The notes beneath the pieces were generated by a model that did no database searches, was not told where the DNA came from, and worked only from the letters and a program-made list of their open reading frames with translations. A stretch of DNA of 64,000 nt from Takakia lepidozioides (taxonomy: Eukaryota > Plantae > Bryophyta), in the NCBI GenBank assembly GCA_030704615.1, contig CM060733.1:35278001-35342000 (forward strand), given 5' to 3'. Positions 1 through 12,620 of the stretch are shown in pieces (the stretch's first letter is position 1; every line of letters begins with the position of its first letter). The translations under genes and the position numbers were made by a program.

Positions 1-2153
1 GTACGTACCTATCTATAATAGGGACACATAATGTCAGTGGAATGTGGATCTAATTTTTCTAATGCACTTTGAGGTTTTAGCACAAATGCCCTATTTTGAC
101 ATGGTGAGGTATTAATAAACTTAAATGAGCGAGAGCTATGATGCAAAGGAAGTGATAAAACTAAGTAGGCTGCAAGTTGGGCAGACATTTGTTGAGAATT
201 TAAGAAAGCATTACCCAACTTTATTATTCGTGTATCAGAATCTACTTTGTCAGCAACACATTTTTGGATGATTGTAAGTAATTCAGATGTTATTGTTTTG
301 TCTAGTTTTGTCATGTAAAATGTACAATAAGTGGCAGCAGCATATGGATATAAAATATTCTGTATGTCGGTGTTTGCACACCATAGGTATGCTACATGTT
401 TAGGAAATGCGTTCGTTCGTATATTTTTGGGAGTACGTTCAAGAAATATTGAACACCTTTCCTGGGTCGGATGCGGACTCCCACAAGCCGGACAGGGACA
501 ACTTCTCCATGCCGCGTGTTCCATTTCATCAGAGTTAATCGACTTCGTAAAGCTAAGATATACGTGTTTTCGTCTAATGTTAAAGATTGCAAAAATTCAG
601 TGAAAGTAATATCTTCACCCATATTCATTTCATGTAGTTTTAAGAAGAGTTTATTAGCTTGAGCTTGTAAATGAGCACATGATGTTGAAACTATTTCATT
701 TTCTTAAGAATTTGAGTGGAAGGCATAGGTGGTAAAGGGTAATGGAATCTACATATAGGTTGTTTGTTTTTTCTACATGTACGTATGTGTTTATGGGATT
801 GCACATCTTGTAAATGAAGTGGTAAAAGTGATGCTTCATATGAAATAATTTTTTGCACAAAAGATTGAATTTTATCATTATTATCAATTGTAAATAATGG
901 AGCATCTTTGATCCAAATGAGACCATGGTCATGTTCACTTCCTCTGCTTTGGAACTCAGTAACGAAAAAGAAATCTTCTACTTTACCAAGAAGGTTGGTT
1001 ATTTTTTTTATCATTTTTTGAAAAGCTGTTGTACGATGGTCGGAGTATCAAGCACATGTTATAGAATCAGTTCGGATTAGTTCTGCAATATGTGTCGGTT
1101 CTAAATCCTCAATTTTGTTAGGTATATTTAATTTTTCATAGTTTAGTTTGTGAAGCGCTTGAATTAAAGGTTCCCACAATCGTTAGCACTAGTAAGAGTT
1201 ATGAAAAAAGTTGGTGGACCTAATTGTCGAATCATTTGTAAATAAGTTTTTTCATAGGTCTTCTAAATAATCTGGAGATGTTCTCAAGCTTTTTAAATCT
1301 CGAAAACCAATATATGAATTTAGAATTCGATCTATATTTGGATTACCACGGACTTCAGCGGCTATTAGTAGTCCTCCATTCAATATACCTTTCCGAATTC
1401 GAATCCAGCTTGATGACATGACTTTGGAAATACATACTTTAGAAGCTTTGAAAAACAAATTGGGTATATTTGTACAAAAGTTATGATTTTTGTGTAGTAA
1501 TTCCCATTGTGCTATTTGTTGATATGAAAAGTTTTTGTAAATATCAGGTTTTCGAGAACAGCCAAAAAATAAAGTTGAGAAATTCAATTCTTCAGTGTAT
1601 TTGTCTTTGAAAAGTCTTATGGGATGAGATTTTTCTGTTGGTGCTATGGACAAAATTTCATTTTCATAATCATGGATTGTTTCAGAATGTAAAAAATTGT
1701 GAATCATAGTATCTGTTTCAACATTGTCTTGTTCTTCTTCAAATGTATCATTTGTGTCATCAACATCTACATCTACGTCATGATCGTCACTCTGATTTTG
1801 ATTATGTAAAGCAAAAAGGCTTGCCCATTGAGGACGAATTGTTATATTTAAATCTACATATAATGGGGTTTGAAATAAGCCAACATAACAACATTAGGTC
1901 GAATGTTACCTGCTAGATATGGAGATTTATACTGTAGTCGTCTTTTAAGGTAAAGACCTAAAGTAGCATCATCGTAAGGGAGGCGTGGCAGTATTGTTTG
2001 TGTATGATCAACATCTGATACAACATTAATTACACTTCCATGCATCTTATATTGTCCATGGCCATGTAGCTTATATATTTGGGCAAACGCTAAACGAGGG
2101 GATATAAGTCGTTCTTCTAGTTGTGTCAATTTTTGCACGGAGGGCAAGTCCAC
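1..2153 (-). mobile_element. Helitron (Helitron2/Helentron-like) Rep/helicase fragment, degenerate
   Basis: Frameshifted ORFs carry HUH Rep motif 2 VTEFQSRGSEHDHGLIW (691-1014), motif 3 YAAATYCTFYMTK and FLNSQQMSAQLAAYLVLSLPL (9-524), and an upstream LTQLEERLISPRLAF...GQYKMHGSVINV segment typical of Helitron RepHel N-termini. Cut by a Copia fragment near 2155. Confidence 0.85.
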
Positions 2154-2154
2154 T

Positions 2155-3052
2155 GGTCGAGTGGCGTTGATCGTATTGAAAAATATGTTTCACTGCCTCC
2201 AGGTGAGGTTCCTGAGGTTTGGCCATAAATATGCTTACTGTGCCCACCGAGAAAACCAGATCAGGTCGAGTGTTGGTGTAGTAAATTAGTTTCCTCACCA
2301 TTCTCCTGTAAAGAGCTGGTTCTACCTGAGGTGCATCCATGTCAGAAAGCAGTTTGAGCCCTTCGATCATAGATACACTGTATGGATTGCAATTCATCAT
2401 GCCAAATTCCTCCAACATTTTGATTGCATACTGCCGCCGGCACATGAAAATGTCTGTATGAGTATGAGTGAGCTCTACTGCCAAGTATAGAGCTGCTAAC
2501 CCCATATCAATCATTTAGTATTCCTTCATAAGCTGTTCTTGGATCCGCACAATTTTCTCCCTGTGACTCCATGTGAGCAAGAGATCATCGACATATAACA
2601 CAAGAATAACAATTTTACCGTCAATCTTCATGTAGTATAGATTGTAATCGGCATCACTCTTGGACATTCCCTGCAACTGAAGATATCCGTCGATTTTTGA
2701 GTACCAAGCTCTTGGAGCTTGTTTAAGCCCATAGAGAGCTTTACGTAGTCGACATACCTTGATCTCAAATCCAACGGTAACATAGCAAGGTTGCTCCATA
2801 TACACGTCCTCTTGAAGATCGCCATTGAGAAGGGTGGTCTTCACAACCATGTGAAAGACTGGCCAACCCTCATGTGCTGCAAGAGCTAAAATTGTTCGAA
2901 TGGTAGGCCACGGCGAAGGTCTCCTCAAAATCGAGGCCCTTCGTTTGCTCAAAACCTCGGGCGACTAGACACGCTTTAAATTTGGCCACTTCACTATTTG
3001 ATCGTCGTTTTATCTTATATATCCACTTGGCGGTTATTGGCCGTTTTCTCTG
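2155..3052 (-). mobile_element. Ty1/Copia reverse transcriptase fragment
   Basis: PITAKWIYKIK...KFKACLVARGFEQ, LRKALYGLKQAPRAWY, VLYVDDLLL, TNTRPDLVFSVG motifs across frameshifted ORFs. Confidence 0.93.
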
Positions 3053-3838
3053 AGGTAGTGTAGTGTGAATGTAATAGGGACAATTTAAAATTTTACTGTT
3101 GCTCACTGAGTTGTTTGTATTCAAGAGAGGGACCAGTACTAGTGTGAAAGATGTTAAGTCGTGCCCAATGGGTTTTTTCATTCATTGTTTAAACGAGTTT
3201 CTCTCGTTACATGGATGTGTTTCATTTTCATCGAGGATGCAATATCGGAGAGGCCCTGAGAGTGCTGCGGGCAAGTAAATGAGCAGGGGCAGTGAGCAGA
3301 AGATGACTTAAGCACATTCTCCTTGTCTTGATTTGCCATGAAGCATAATTAGGATAGTAGTAATGAAGGGGTGAGAGGAGACAAAGGGGAGGCAGCGTTG
3401 TAACCTGTGCAGCTACCAGGAGGAAGAAGCAGTGCCGTCATTTCTTTGATGAATTGCAAATTTAGACTCCCTGGAAGATAAGTCTGCAAGGAGACAGCGT
3501 CTTGGGGGTCACTCCCCGTATTTTCAAAACCAAATATAGGGTGTAGTTTATTTTTGTTGAGGTAAATTTTAGAAAATTTTAACTTAGAAAATATGGTAGG
3601 GCAATATCCTTTCACCCAATGTTTTTATAAAAAAAAGTCACAAAAAATCTAAATTTTTACTTAAAAAGTTAATGTAATAAAGATTTTTATGTACAGTGTA
3701 ATGTATCCATCCGTGTGAAGTTTCTCATATTTCATCCAACTCTAATCCATCATGATGAAATCTTCTCAAAACTTCATTTATTCATCATGCTTACTTGATG
3801 AATAAGCCTACTCTCCCCAAATATGGGGTCCTTCGATT

Positions 3839-4033
3839 ATGGTGTTTTTGAATTGGTTCTCTAAAGGTAGAGGTCACCTAAAGTTCAAATATTATTCCAG
3901 TGATACAAAGTGGATTGATGTTGAGACCATAATCTCAACAGTGACTATGACATTTGAACCATCTCAGAACTTGTACTCTTTAGATAGAAGTGATGGTACG
4001 GCTTTGAATGAGTTCGTGGCTAATGAAAATTAA
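3839..4033 (+). pseudogene. Probable C-terminal fragment of a DNA transposase (hAT/ZNF862-like)
   Basis: Short ORF KFKYYSSDTKWIDVETIISTVTMTF...YSLDRSDGTALNEFV resembles transposase C-termini I recall from bryophyte TE proteins. No catalytic motif is visible. Confidence 0.3.
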
Positions 4034-4147
4034 ACTTTTCTTTAGGTCCGGCATTTGACTTATGTATGGAATGTTGTTTGTGTACATGCTTTGAAATTTT
4101 ATAATTATTTAAAAAGATAATTAAAATAGCTTCTCATTTAACAATAA

Positions 4148-4713
4148 TAGGGTTATGAATGCCCGCACATGTGGCTACGACGGGGCCCGCATGTGGCAGA
4201 GGGGTCATGGAGGGTGGGAGCGCCCCTACCGGACCCAGCCAATCCCCGCTAGTCTGCTTGCTGGGTTTACTGGCAAGCTGGTCTGCTGGGCCATAAAACA
4301 CATGAGCTAGTCTGCTGGGGCCCACAATATGCACATAAAACATTAGTTATTGCAAGGGTTGGTAGAAAGTGGCGGGTAGTGTGGTGGTTAAGAGCAAAGA
4401 ATGATAAGCATGAGGTATGGTGTTCAGATCTCGTTACGTTGTATCGTGGTAGTAATGTGTGTTATTAAATATATATTTTGTCGAAAGGTCTGCCGGTTTG
4501 TTGGAGGGGGATCTGCCCGGTCTGTTGGAGAGGTGTCAGTCCGCTCGTCGGTATGCTGGAGGGTTTGCCTAGTCCGCTAGAAGGTCCGCCACGGTAGATA
4601 AACAAGGACTTAGAAAAATTTCAGAATCTCGCCGACCGGTGAATGGGCGGTGGGCTTATGAGCTCACCCCAAGGGTCGTACTGGCGGGGCCCGCCCGTGT
4701 ATTCATGGCCCTA
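4148..4713. mobile_element. Non-autonomous TIR element (MITE-like, TAGGG termini)
   Basis: TAGGGTTATGAAT at 4148 and ATTCATGGCCCTA ending 4713 are imperfect inverted repeats. GC-rich subterminal GTC(C/T)GC repeats; no clean TSD. Confidence 0.55.
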
Positions 4714-4920
4714 TTATTAAACAATGAGAGGCATTAAAATAGGGTCTAATTAATTGTTATAAAAAAATAAATTATAAAAAATAGGGTATTAGGAAACCAA
4801 GGGTTTTACAATATTACCTAAAGATAGGGTGGAAAAAAATGCAAAATTTTAAAAATATAGCCTAGTATAAATATACCTTTGTACGCACGTGATATGGAAA
4901 AATAACATATAGTGATCCCC

Positions 4921-5867
4921 CCGTGGGATACGTCTTTAGCATTGGGGACAGCGCAATAGCCTGCTGCTCCAAGAAACAGTCCACAGTGGCATTATCATCT
5001 ATGGAGGCAGAATATCAGGCCTCTGACTGAAGCCGCGAAAGAGGCAACTTGGCTGAGAGGACGGGGAGACGAGTTGCAAAGGGTATGAAATCTTGAGGGA
5101 AGAACCGACTCCTTTTCTATGTGACAACCAGCGTACCGTCAAAATAGCTAGGAATCCTCTATTCTATGCAAGAATGAAGCATATTGAGGTGCATCATCAT
5201 TTCATTCGTGAAAAGGTTGAAAGCATGGAGATTAATTTAATCCATGTACCAACTTGCGATCAAATCGTAGATATCTTTACGAAGCCTTTGGGACGGATTA
5301 AATTGGAAACATTTAGAGGGAGTCTTGGAATGTGCAGTATTGAAGAGGCTGGGGGGCAAACCAATACGGATCTCAGCATCTGCCAAATTTAAATCGAAAG
5401 ACTCAATAAAGCCAGAAGATGCTACAATCGTATCAGGGTCAACTGCTTCATCGACACACTTGGGCGTCAGCTTTACTTGCTCAGGACTTTCTTCTTGAAA
5501 GCATATGGGTGTCTGAGGACTGAAGGGGGGTGTTAAATCACCAAGTGCACTGTTATTTATCAGTCCTCAGTAGTTACTAGTCTTGTAGCATTAGTAGATA
5601 TTAGTTCATTGCTCAAATGATAGATGAGCAACGGTGCGGTGCACCGCCACCATCAACATTTACTCCACCGTCATAGTAGGTAGATCTCATCTTTATTTGG
5701 TAGTTAGTTGGTAACTAAATTAATTCTCTCCTTAGTTGTAGGTGATCCTGTGATTAGTTAAATTGTGGCCCCTGCTGCTCTTTCGTATTCTCTCGTCTTA
5801 CGGTCCTCGAGCTGTAGGTAGTAAGCTAGTTCTTCACACTCAACCAGCTAACTTCCAAAATTCAACA
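4921..5867 (+). mobile_element. Ty1/Copia 3' end: RNase H fragment, PPT and 3' LTR
   Basis: GYVFSIG..AI..SKKQSTVALSS.EAEY and CDNQ...KHIEVHHHFIREKV...DIFTKPL. PPT GAAGGGGGG at 5522-5530; LTR TGTTAA...TTCAACA at 5531-5867. Confidence 0.85.
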
Positions 5868-6488
5868 TGAAAATTTAGGGCCGAAAAACATGGTGAAATG
5901 TGTTGCACAAGGTACCTTGATTAGCCGTGTCTGATTTTATCAGTTGTGCCGCTACTGCGGCGGCTTCCAGTTGACCATCTACCCATGTGGAGGCTTCTTG
6001 TAGCTATTGATCCACATGGAATCATAGGTAATCTGGAGTGTGAAATCCGGCCCTCTTGGATGAATCTGGACCCACACTCTATCCTTGCTCCTTCACCTAT
6101 CTATGCACTGGGCTGGACATGTCCTGACCCCTAACATGTGACCCGCCCAATTTCATATCTATACCATGGTATAGTCCTTGTTTTTGCCCATAATACGGGT
6201 ATTGGACGGGTATTGTCTTTGGCAATACCAGCCGGTCCGATTATTAACCAGTTTTGGGTGGTTCTTAGTTTTTTTTTAAAAATCCGCCGGGTCTGGATAC
6301 TTGACAGATTAGAGAATGATACATCTTGCTGCGGATCCAGATATTAGAATAATCTGCATTTCTAATACCGCCGGTTATATATAATAAAAGCTTTTAAAAA
6401 TCTGCCGGATATAAATAAGTCCGGATATTCAGATTATGATATCCGGGGGTTATAGAGTAATCCGGATAAATGAATCATAGGAAATAAC

Positions 6489-7281
6489 CAGTGCAGCGGA
6501 TATTTGATTTTGCCTCAAACCCCCCGCGGATCCCAACCCGGATATATATATGTGGATCTGCCGGAGGTCAAAAATTTAAATATCTGCCTCCGTTAGGAAC
6601 TGCCAGATATGAATAGCTCGGATAACTGGATCGGTTGAGGTCCTGTCGTTTTTTTTTAAATATTTGTTTTGATCCAGAACTAGTGGCCCACAAGAGACAG
6701 GTTTATGAACTTTTATATCCGCCCTTTAACCGGAGGTTCTTAACAGGTTATATGGTTAAACAAACGATGTGGCATGAGTTTTTTGTCTTAAAAAATACGA
6801 GCTTGAGGAGGAATTTGAGGACGAGGTAGAGGGAACAATTTCCCGAGGTAGAGGATTGCACATTTGTATAGGAGAGAATTGGGATTGAATAACGTTAATG
6901 AACACCTCAAATATGTTCAACTATGATATAATTTAGGTCAGATTATGGTTCAGCTCCTAATGAAACTTTGTGATACAAATAATGTTATTATTTTTCATTA
7001 GTATTTTTACATTAGATTTTAATTTTTGGTTTATTTTACATCATTAAAATAAACCATAACTTGTTTGATAACCGGATACTGAACTGCCCGATGCCATCTA
7101 GAGAGAAAGCCCATTTGTCCATAACCGCATAGGCTTAAATTTTATATTTATTGTTAACCGGCAGGATATCAAAAATGAGAAAGCTCCAAAACTCCGGAAC
7201 CGGAGAATGTGAATACAAAGTTAAAAGTGAAACATCCGTAACCGCCTGATATCAAAAAAATCAAATAACCGCCCAACACTG
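6489..7281. mobile_element. Nested hAT MITE
   Basis: Termini CAGTG...CCGCCCAACACTG; perfect 8-bp TSD GAAATAAC at 6481-6488 and 7282-7289. Confidence 0.85.
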
Positions 7282-7414
7282 GAAATAACATCTTTTAAAT
7301 TTTTTCATTTAATGAATTTAAATCATTATAATTCTAATAAAATATTGATATTTATTGATATTTTATTTTATCTTATATCCGGTTGAGATCCGGTATTTTT
7401 ATCCGGGTACAATC

Positions 7415-8035
7415 CAGTGTTGGTCGGTTATCAGGGACCCACCCGGTTAATTACAGGTTATTTGCCGGGTAAGGGTAACTATAGCCGGAGGTTATGAGCA
7501 TAAAAGAGAACCGTGGATACTGAACACTGCCGGTACTGGACAACTCAAATACCCAGTGAAACACTCTGAACATGTGAGTGAATAGCATCTCCAGACAGAG
7601 AACCGACCCGGATATCTTTCAAGTGGATGGAAATGGTTATAGTAGCTATGGTTTCGTGGCAAATAATAGTTTTCTTTTGATGTCCTATTTTCACTATGTA
7701 CATTGAAGTTAAAATGGCCATTGAACCTGAGCGATAGGTTCTGCATGCCTAGGTTCTGCAGCCTACCTAGGGTACTTCAATTATATCCGATGGTAGGCAG
7801 GTTATATTTCGGTTATAACAAAGACACGACTTGAAATATCATCGTAGGTTATGATTTGTTCATGAATCGGCAAATAACCTGACCACACATATTGTTCAAA
7901 TTTTCATAACCGTAACCTAATAACCTTCATTCAATGTGCATATTTCACCTGGAACCGGAGGTTATTACGGCATGAGTCAACTTGTATAACCTGAACCTCA
8001 TGAGCTTTGAAAAAAATGAGAACCGACCAACATTG
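7415..8035. mobile_element. Nested hAT MITE
   Basis: 15-bp TIRs CAGTGTTGGTCGGTT / AACCGACCAACATTG (1 mismatch); perfect 8-bp TSD GTACAATC at 7407-7414 and 8036-8043. Confidence 0.92.
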
Positions 8036-8914
8036 GTACAATCCGGTTATTAATCTTTTTTATAGCAGGTAGGATCCTATCCGGATCCTCTGTTTTATGT
8101 ATCCGCCGGATATAAATAATAACCAAATATCAAATAGTTGCCGGATCCGGATACACTAGTATTTGGGTTGATATCCGGATCACTCTATATCCGCCCAACA
8201 TTGTTATTAACCCTAGTATTGCAATTGTCAATACCAGTTGGTTTGGTTATTAACCATAGTATAACAATAGCCAATGCGAGCCAGGTCTGTTATTCAATAC
8301 CTGGTTGATACCTGGCCAAACCCTATATACCATTCCAACAATGGTCCAGCCCCAAGGGCCTGCCACTATTCTAGCACATGTGGGTGTTTTTAGCACATGT
8401 AGGGATCAAGGATTTCTTTTTGTCGGAAGAAAATTTCATCATGAGTATGAGGACCTCATAGCATATGCTGGTTTATGCGACTATGAGGGTTGCAATCAGT
8501 CTTCTTTTGCTTCACTTTGCATACTAAAATCTGCAACGTTATTATGTAATGCAAAGTCTGAATTTTGCAACAATTAATTATGCTTCTAATTTCAATTAAA
8601 GACATATGAATGATTTAGTGGTTATTTAAATTTAAATTTAAATTATTTATATCCGGGTTGATAACAGGCTGGTATTAGATTGGAATACCCATCCTATTGA
8701 TACCCCATTCGCAAATAAAAAATCATACGTTAGAACCGGCAGATATTAAAATTAAGTGAATCTTCCAATACCATGGAACCGGCTGTATTGAAAATTAACT
8801 TATTTTCAATACCACGACCCGGCTGGTATTAGAAAAAGTAATACCCCCCTAACACTGGTAGATACAAACAAGGGCCCGCGAATTTCGGTAGCCTCGTCAT
8901 ATTGACGTTCAAAC

Positions 8915-11900
8915 CAGTGTTGGGCGGTTCTTGCCTTTGTGAAGGAACCTTCGGTTCCGGTTCCACAAATTTTTGAAGAGACGGTTCCAGATCCGGATCC
9001 GGTTATTTTTTATTAAGGCGGTTCCGGTCCGGTTCAGGTTCTGACTTTTTAACATGGGGGCGGTTCCGGTTACCGGTTAGTTGCTGGAAAAAAAACAGCG
9101 GTTCCGGTTAGGTTCTGGTTCTTTTTTAAAAATATATTAAATTCTTTTAATTTTTTTATTCTTCTGGAAAATTAGATGAACTGATCTGATTGGTCATACT
9201 GAGAATTTTCAACTAAAACCAGGGAATTTATTAGTAAAACAGAAGTAAATAAACTTATATGTTTTTTGTGATTGTCTTTTATGGTATATATATAACTAGT
9301 TAAATACGCATGGTCTCCATTAAAAATGGAAAACCAAAGATTTTATAAGTTTTCGTACGGTGTAGCAAAGAACAACTAAAACAAACTAACTACATAAGGA
9401 TCTTAATTCAAAATACAAAACAAATTAAACATGTGTAATTCTATGGTTACCTTTTATGGTGCAGCAAAAGCACAACTAAAAAAAACTACATAAATTTGTG
9501 TTTTTTGGATGATGCTTTGTCAATATAGCATACAACAAACTAAGTACACGGGATGTCACTGAAATTTTCAATAAAAATGACAAATAAACAAACTCCAATC
9601 AAAGGAGTATAGTATAATATGTTGAACAATAATTTGTCTCTAAGACAAATCATTCTACCTCAAAGAGGTTTGCCTCTGCAATCAAGTCCTCATTCTCATC
9701 TAAGAGGACTTCTTCCCTATCCAAAAACTCTTTCATGGAAGTACTAAAGCAACCAACTCTAGCATCATTTGGCCAATTCTTGAGATCCAACTATGCCCAA
9801 GATTAGCCGTGCCAAAAATCCCACATACGGAAAGAGAGACTCGTGTTCTTTCCACCATTTCAAAGGAGCCACGCACTCACCCTCAATTATCTTCGTCCTT
9901 CTGAAATGTGATAGTTGTTCTCTCACTACTGTCAATGTCATGTCTTCATTGTGGTCATGCACACCAAATAAGGACATCTCGTCCATTGTGGAAGTGGGCT
10001 GTGATTGGGCCGGAGTATCCGGATGTAAGACCTTGAAACACTTTATCAAAAGAGGCTCTAACACCATGCTATCATATTGGGACACAATATGCAAAGCATG
10101 CTCTTTGCCCACATATTGTGATACCAATGACAACCCCTTGTAACGTGGGTCAAGCATAAACGCGAGCATATTGTGAGCTTTGCGCGATTGAAACCCTTCC
10201 AAAAAAGAAAGAAATGGTTCCAAGACATATACCACCTCTCAAGCCATCCGCCATTCCAACAATGTCAACTCTGTTGAGAAATCCCCCATGTAATGATCCA
10301 CAGTTGCAGCCCTGGGAGGACTACTTCCTCGCATGCGAATTGTTGTGGCAATGGCTGCATTAAGAGCATCGGACAACAGCCAAAATCCCCCAGATTGATT
10401 CATAATGCACTCATGAACCACAGGCCCTAGAACTGTAGAAATTGATTGGGCAATGGCCCACACTTGTGGACTTGGTATGCAAAACTGCAGTGCCAATGAG
10501 GTTTGCCTAGAGTAACAAGTGATTATGGCTTGCCTAAACTCCAAAGTCTCTTAGAAGATGATCACCTTGGAAGCAAACCGTGTCTTCACCGGAGTCTTCA
10601 GTTTGTGGGGATGAATGTCGTTGTCCACACATGCCTTTGCCCATTCATGTCTCCCTTTGCCACTTTTTTTGGTCCAAGTAATGGTTTTTTGCAACTCTGA
10701 TTGGGCATTTTTTATAGAAACCGATCTCATATCTGTGCATACTTTTGCATCATTTGTTGCATACTGGCAACACTTGGACATTGCATGCCCAAAACAGCTA
10801 CCCACAAATGGAGAATCCAACCCCAAACACGCACATGAGACCACCAAATTCAAAGCATTGGTCAAAGTGGCCAAGTTACCTCCCTCATCTTTGACGTAAG
10901 CAATAATGCGAGTATTGAGGCCATACTTCACAAGAAGATTGTTGACTTGATGTGCCATGGCAGCCCCAGATGTGTCAGGTGTCTCAAACATGCCAAGAGT
11001 CACATGACATTGCTCCCACTGTTCATTAATAAAGTGCGCTATGATGACAAAAGTGTCAGTTCCCCCTCTTGACATCCACAAATCAAAACTCACGGAGCAA
11101 GTAGCACAACTCTGAAGAGATGGGGACATGTAGCGCTATTTCGTCTTCTCTGCCAAGATTGGAATGGCCTCATTCACAAATGTCCGTCGAGAAGGGAAAA
11201 CAATCCGAGGATTTTGCCTCAACACCATCATTCTTAGTCAAGGGGATTCTACCAAAGACAGTGGAACCAACTCCTTTGCAATGAACAAGACTAAATCCTC
11301 ATTGAACTGTTTCTGTTGATCATCATTTTGGTTGTATGGAGTGGAGCTCCCAAAAAAAAAAGCTATGTTTCTAGGAGTGGGGCCGGGCCTCTTTTTTGCT
11401 GGCCTACGGGCTTTCTCAGGTCCTTCATTTTCCCTCTCAATCCACCTACGCAAAACAATGTCATGTTCTTGATCCACATGCTTTCGAAGGGCAGAGATAC
11501 CATTGATTTTATTATAGGTCACAATGCCCTTCTTGCTTGCAGGAGTGACACCAACAGGATGACATAGAACACACCTCATTTGTTGTGGATTTGTTATGTC
11601 CACTGGAGCAGAGTTTTTTGTTGCATAGAATGCCCATGTCGAAGCAGTGCGATTGTGGGGCTTCCAAAAATCCCGTTGTTTTTCAAGTACTGGGAGCTGC
11701 GCCTCCACATCCAACACCGTGTGTGATGGCGAAACTGTGGAAGATGACATTGCAGCCGAGGCTTGATGAGCTGATATAAATGAGGCTGCATGATGAGCAT
11801 CCTCCGCAACATGACACTCCACCAAAGCTCTCTCATTATCAACATTGACTTCAGGAACAACTTCCCTTTCTAGTTCATCGAAAATATTGGGCTCCATGAC

Positions 11901-12050
11901 ATAAAAAACTTGTGGAACAACTCCTGTGTAAAAACAATGCAAACAAAGAATCCAAAAGACATTTAATAATTGTGCACAACTCATATATTTACAAAAGTTT
12001 GGAATGGTATATGGCTGGCCAAAACGAAAGTGTGGGGAGAGACACCGCAC
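8915..12050 (-). mobile_element. hAT transposon with degenerate transposase (BED-like zinc finger, DDE core, dimerisation domain)
   Basis: TIR CAGTGTTGGGCGGTT at 8915 with CGGTTCCGGT subterminal repeats. Protein motifs W..Y...RCVLCH...ALRKHVDQEH, SVSFDLWMSRGG, YVKDEGGNL, CFGH, VKTRF, LDPRYK, PLKWWK...ARLILGIVGSQ. Stops and frameshifts present; the catalytic E segment (IETERIFS in the 36.7-kb relative) is deleted. Confidence 0.92.
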
Positions 12051-12620
12051 TACTCAATTTATTATTTCATATTGAGCTGAATGTTACATACATGGCCTAC
12101 ATTTAGATCTACGTTATTTTTTTTATCTAGTACATGTACATTTACATTTTCAAATTACAAAAACTACCTAGCAAGTTGGGGGTGGACCAGTCTTATGCTT
12201 CAGTGGTCAGCTTGGCTACTTCATGCCTTGGGAGATGATCTGCAATGCCCCCACCACATATAAATAAATCAGTCCTTGTTGTACCACAACATGAAGAGTT
12301 ATAACTAAAAATTATGAAGCTTTAAAGTGGGGTGATTGTCCACAAGAGGTAGGGGCTGGCTGTCAAGCCTTCTTGATATTTGTGCTCCCCTTTCCGAGTT
12401 CAAACTTTCACTATGAGAGGAGGAGCAAATCATCCCTCTGTTGTACCACACATTGGAAAAAATAAAATAAAAAACTAAGCTATTAAAGGGTGGGGGCTTA
12501 CCATAGGATGAGGGGGCTGGTTAGCGGGCTCTAAACTCGCACTCCTCCTTCTTGTGTGTGATCTACATAGCAACAGAGTAGGGGGTTGATCAGCCCCGGG
12601 CTTAATCTTCTAGAGTTACC

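Larger units (their letters stand above)
6249..8203. mobile_element. hAT-type non-autonomous element (outer), hosting two nested relatives
   Basis: Termini CAGTTTTGGGTGG / CCGCCCAACATTG; perfect 8-bp TSD TTATTAAC at 6241-6248 and 8204-8211; dense CCGG/GGATA subterminal repeats. Confidence 0.85.

Noticed and set aside
455-535. Hammerhead ribozyme (CTGATGA...GAAA on the minus strand)
   Set aside because: The bases after CTGATGA and before GAAA cannot form stem II, and no matching stems I/III are evident.
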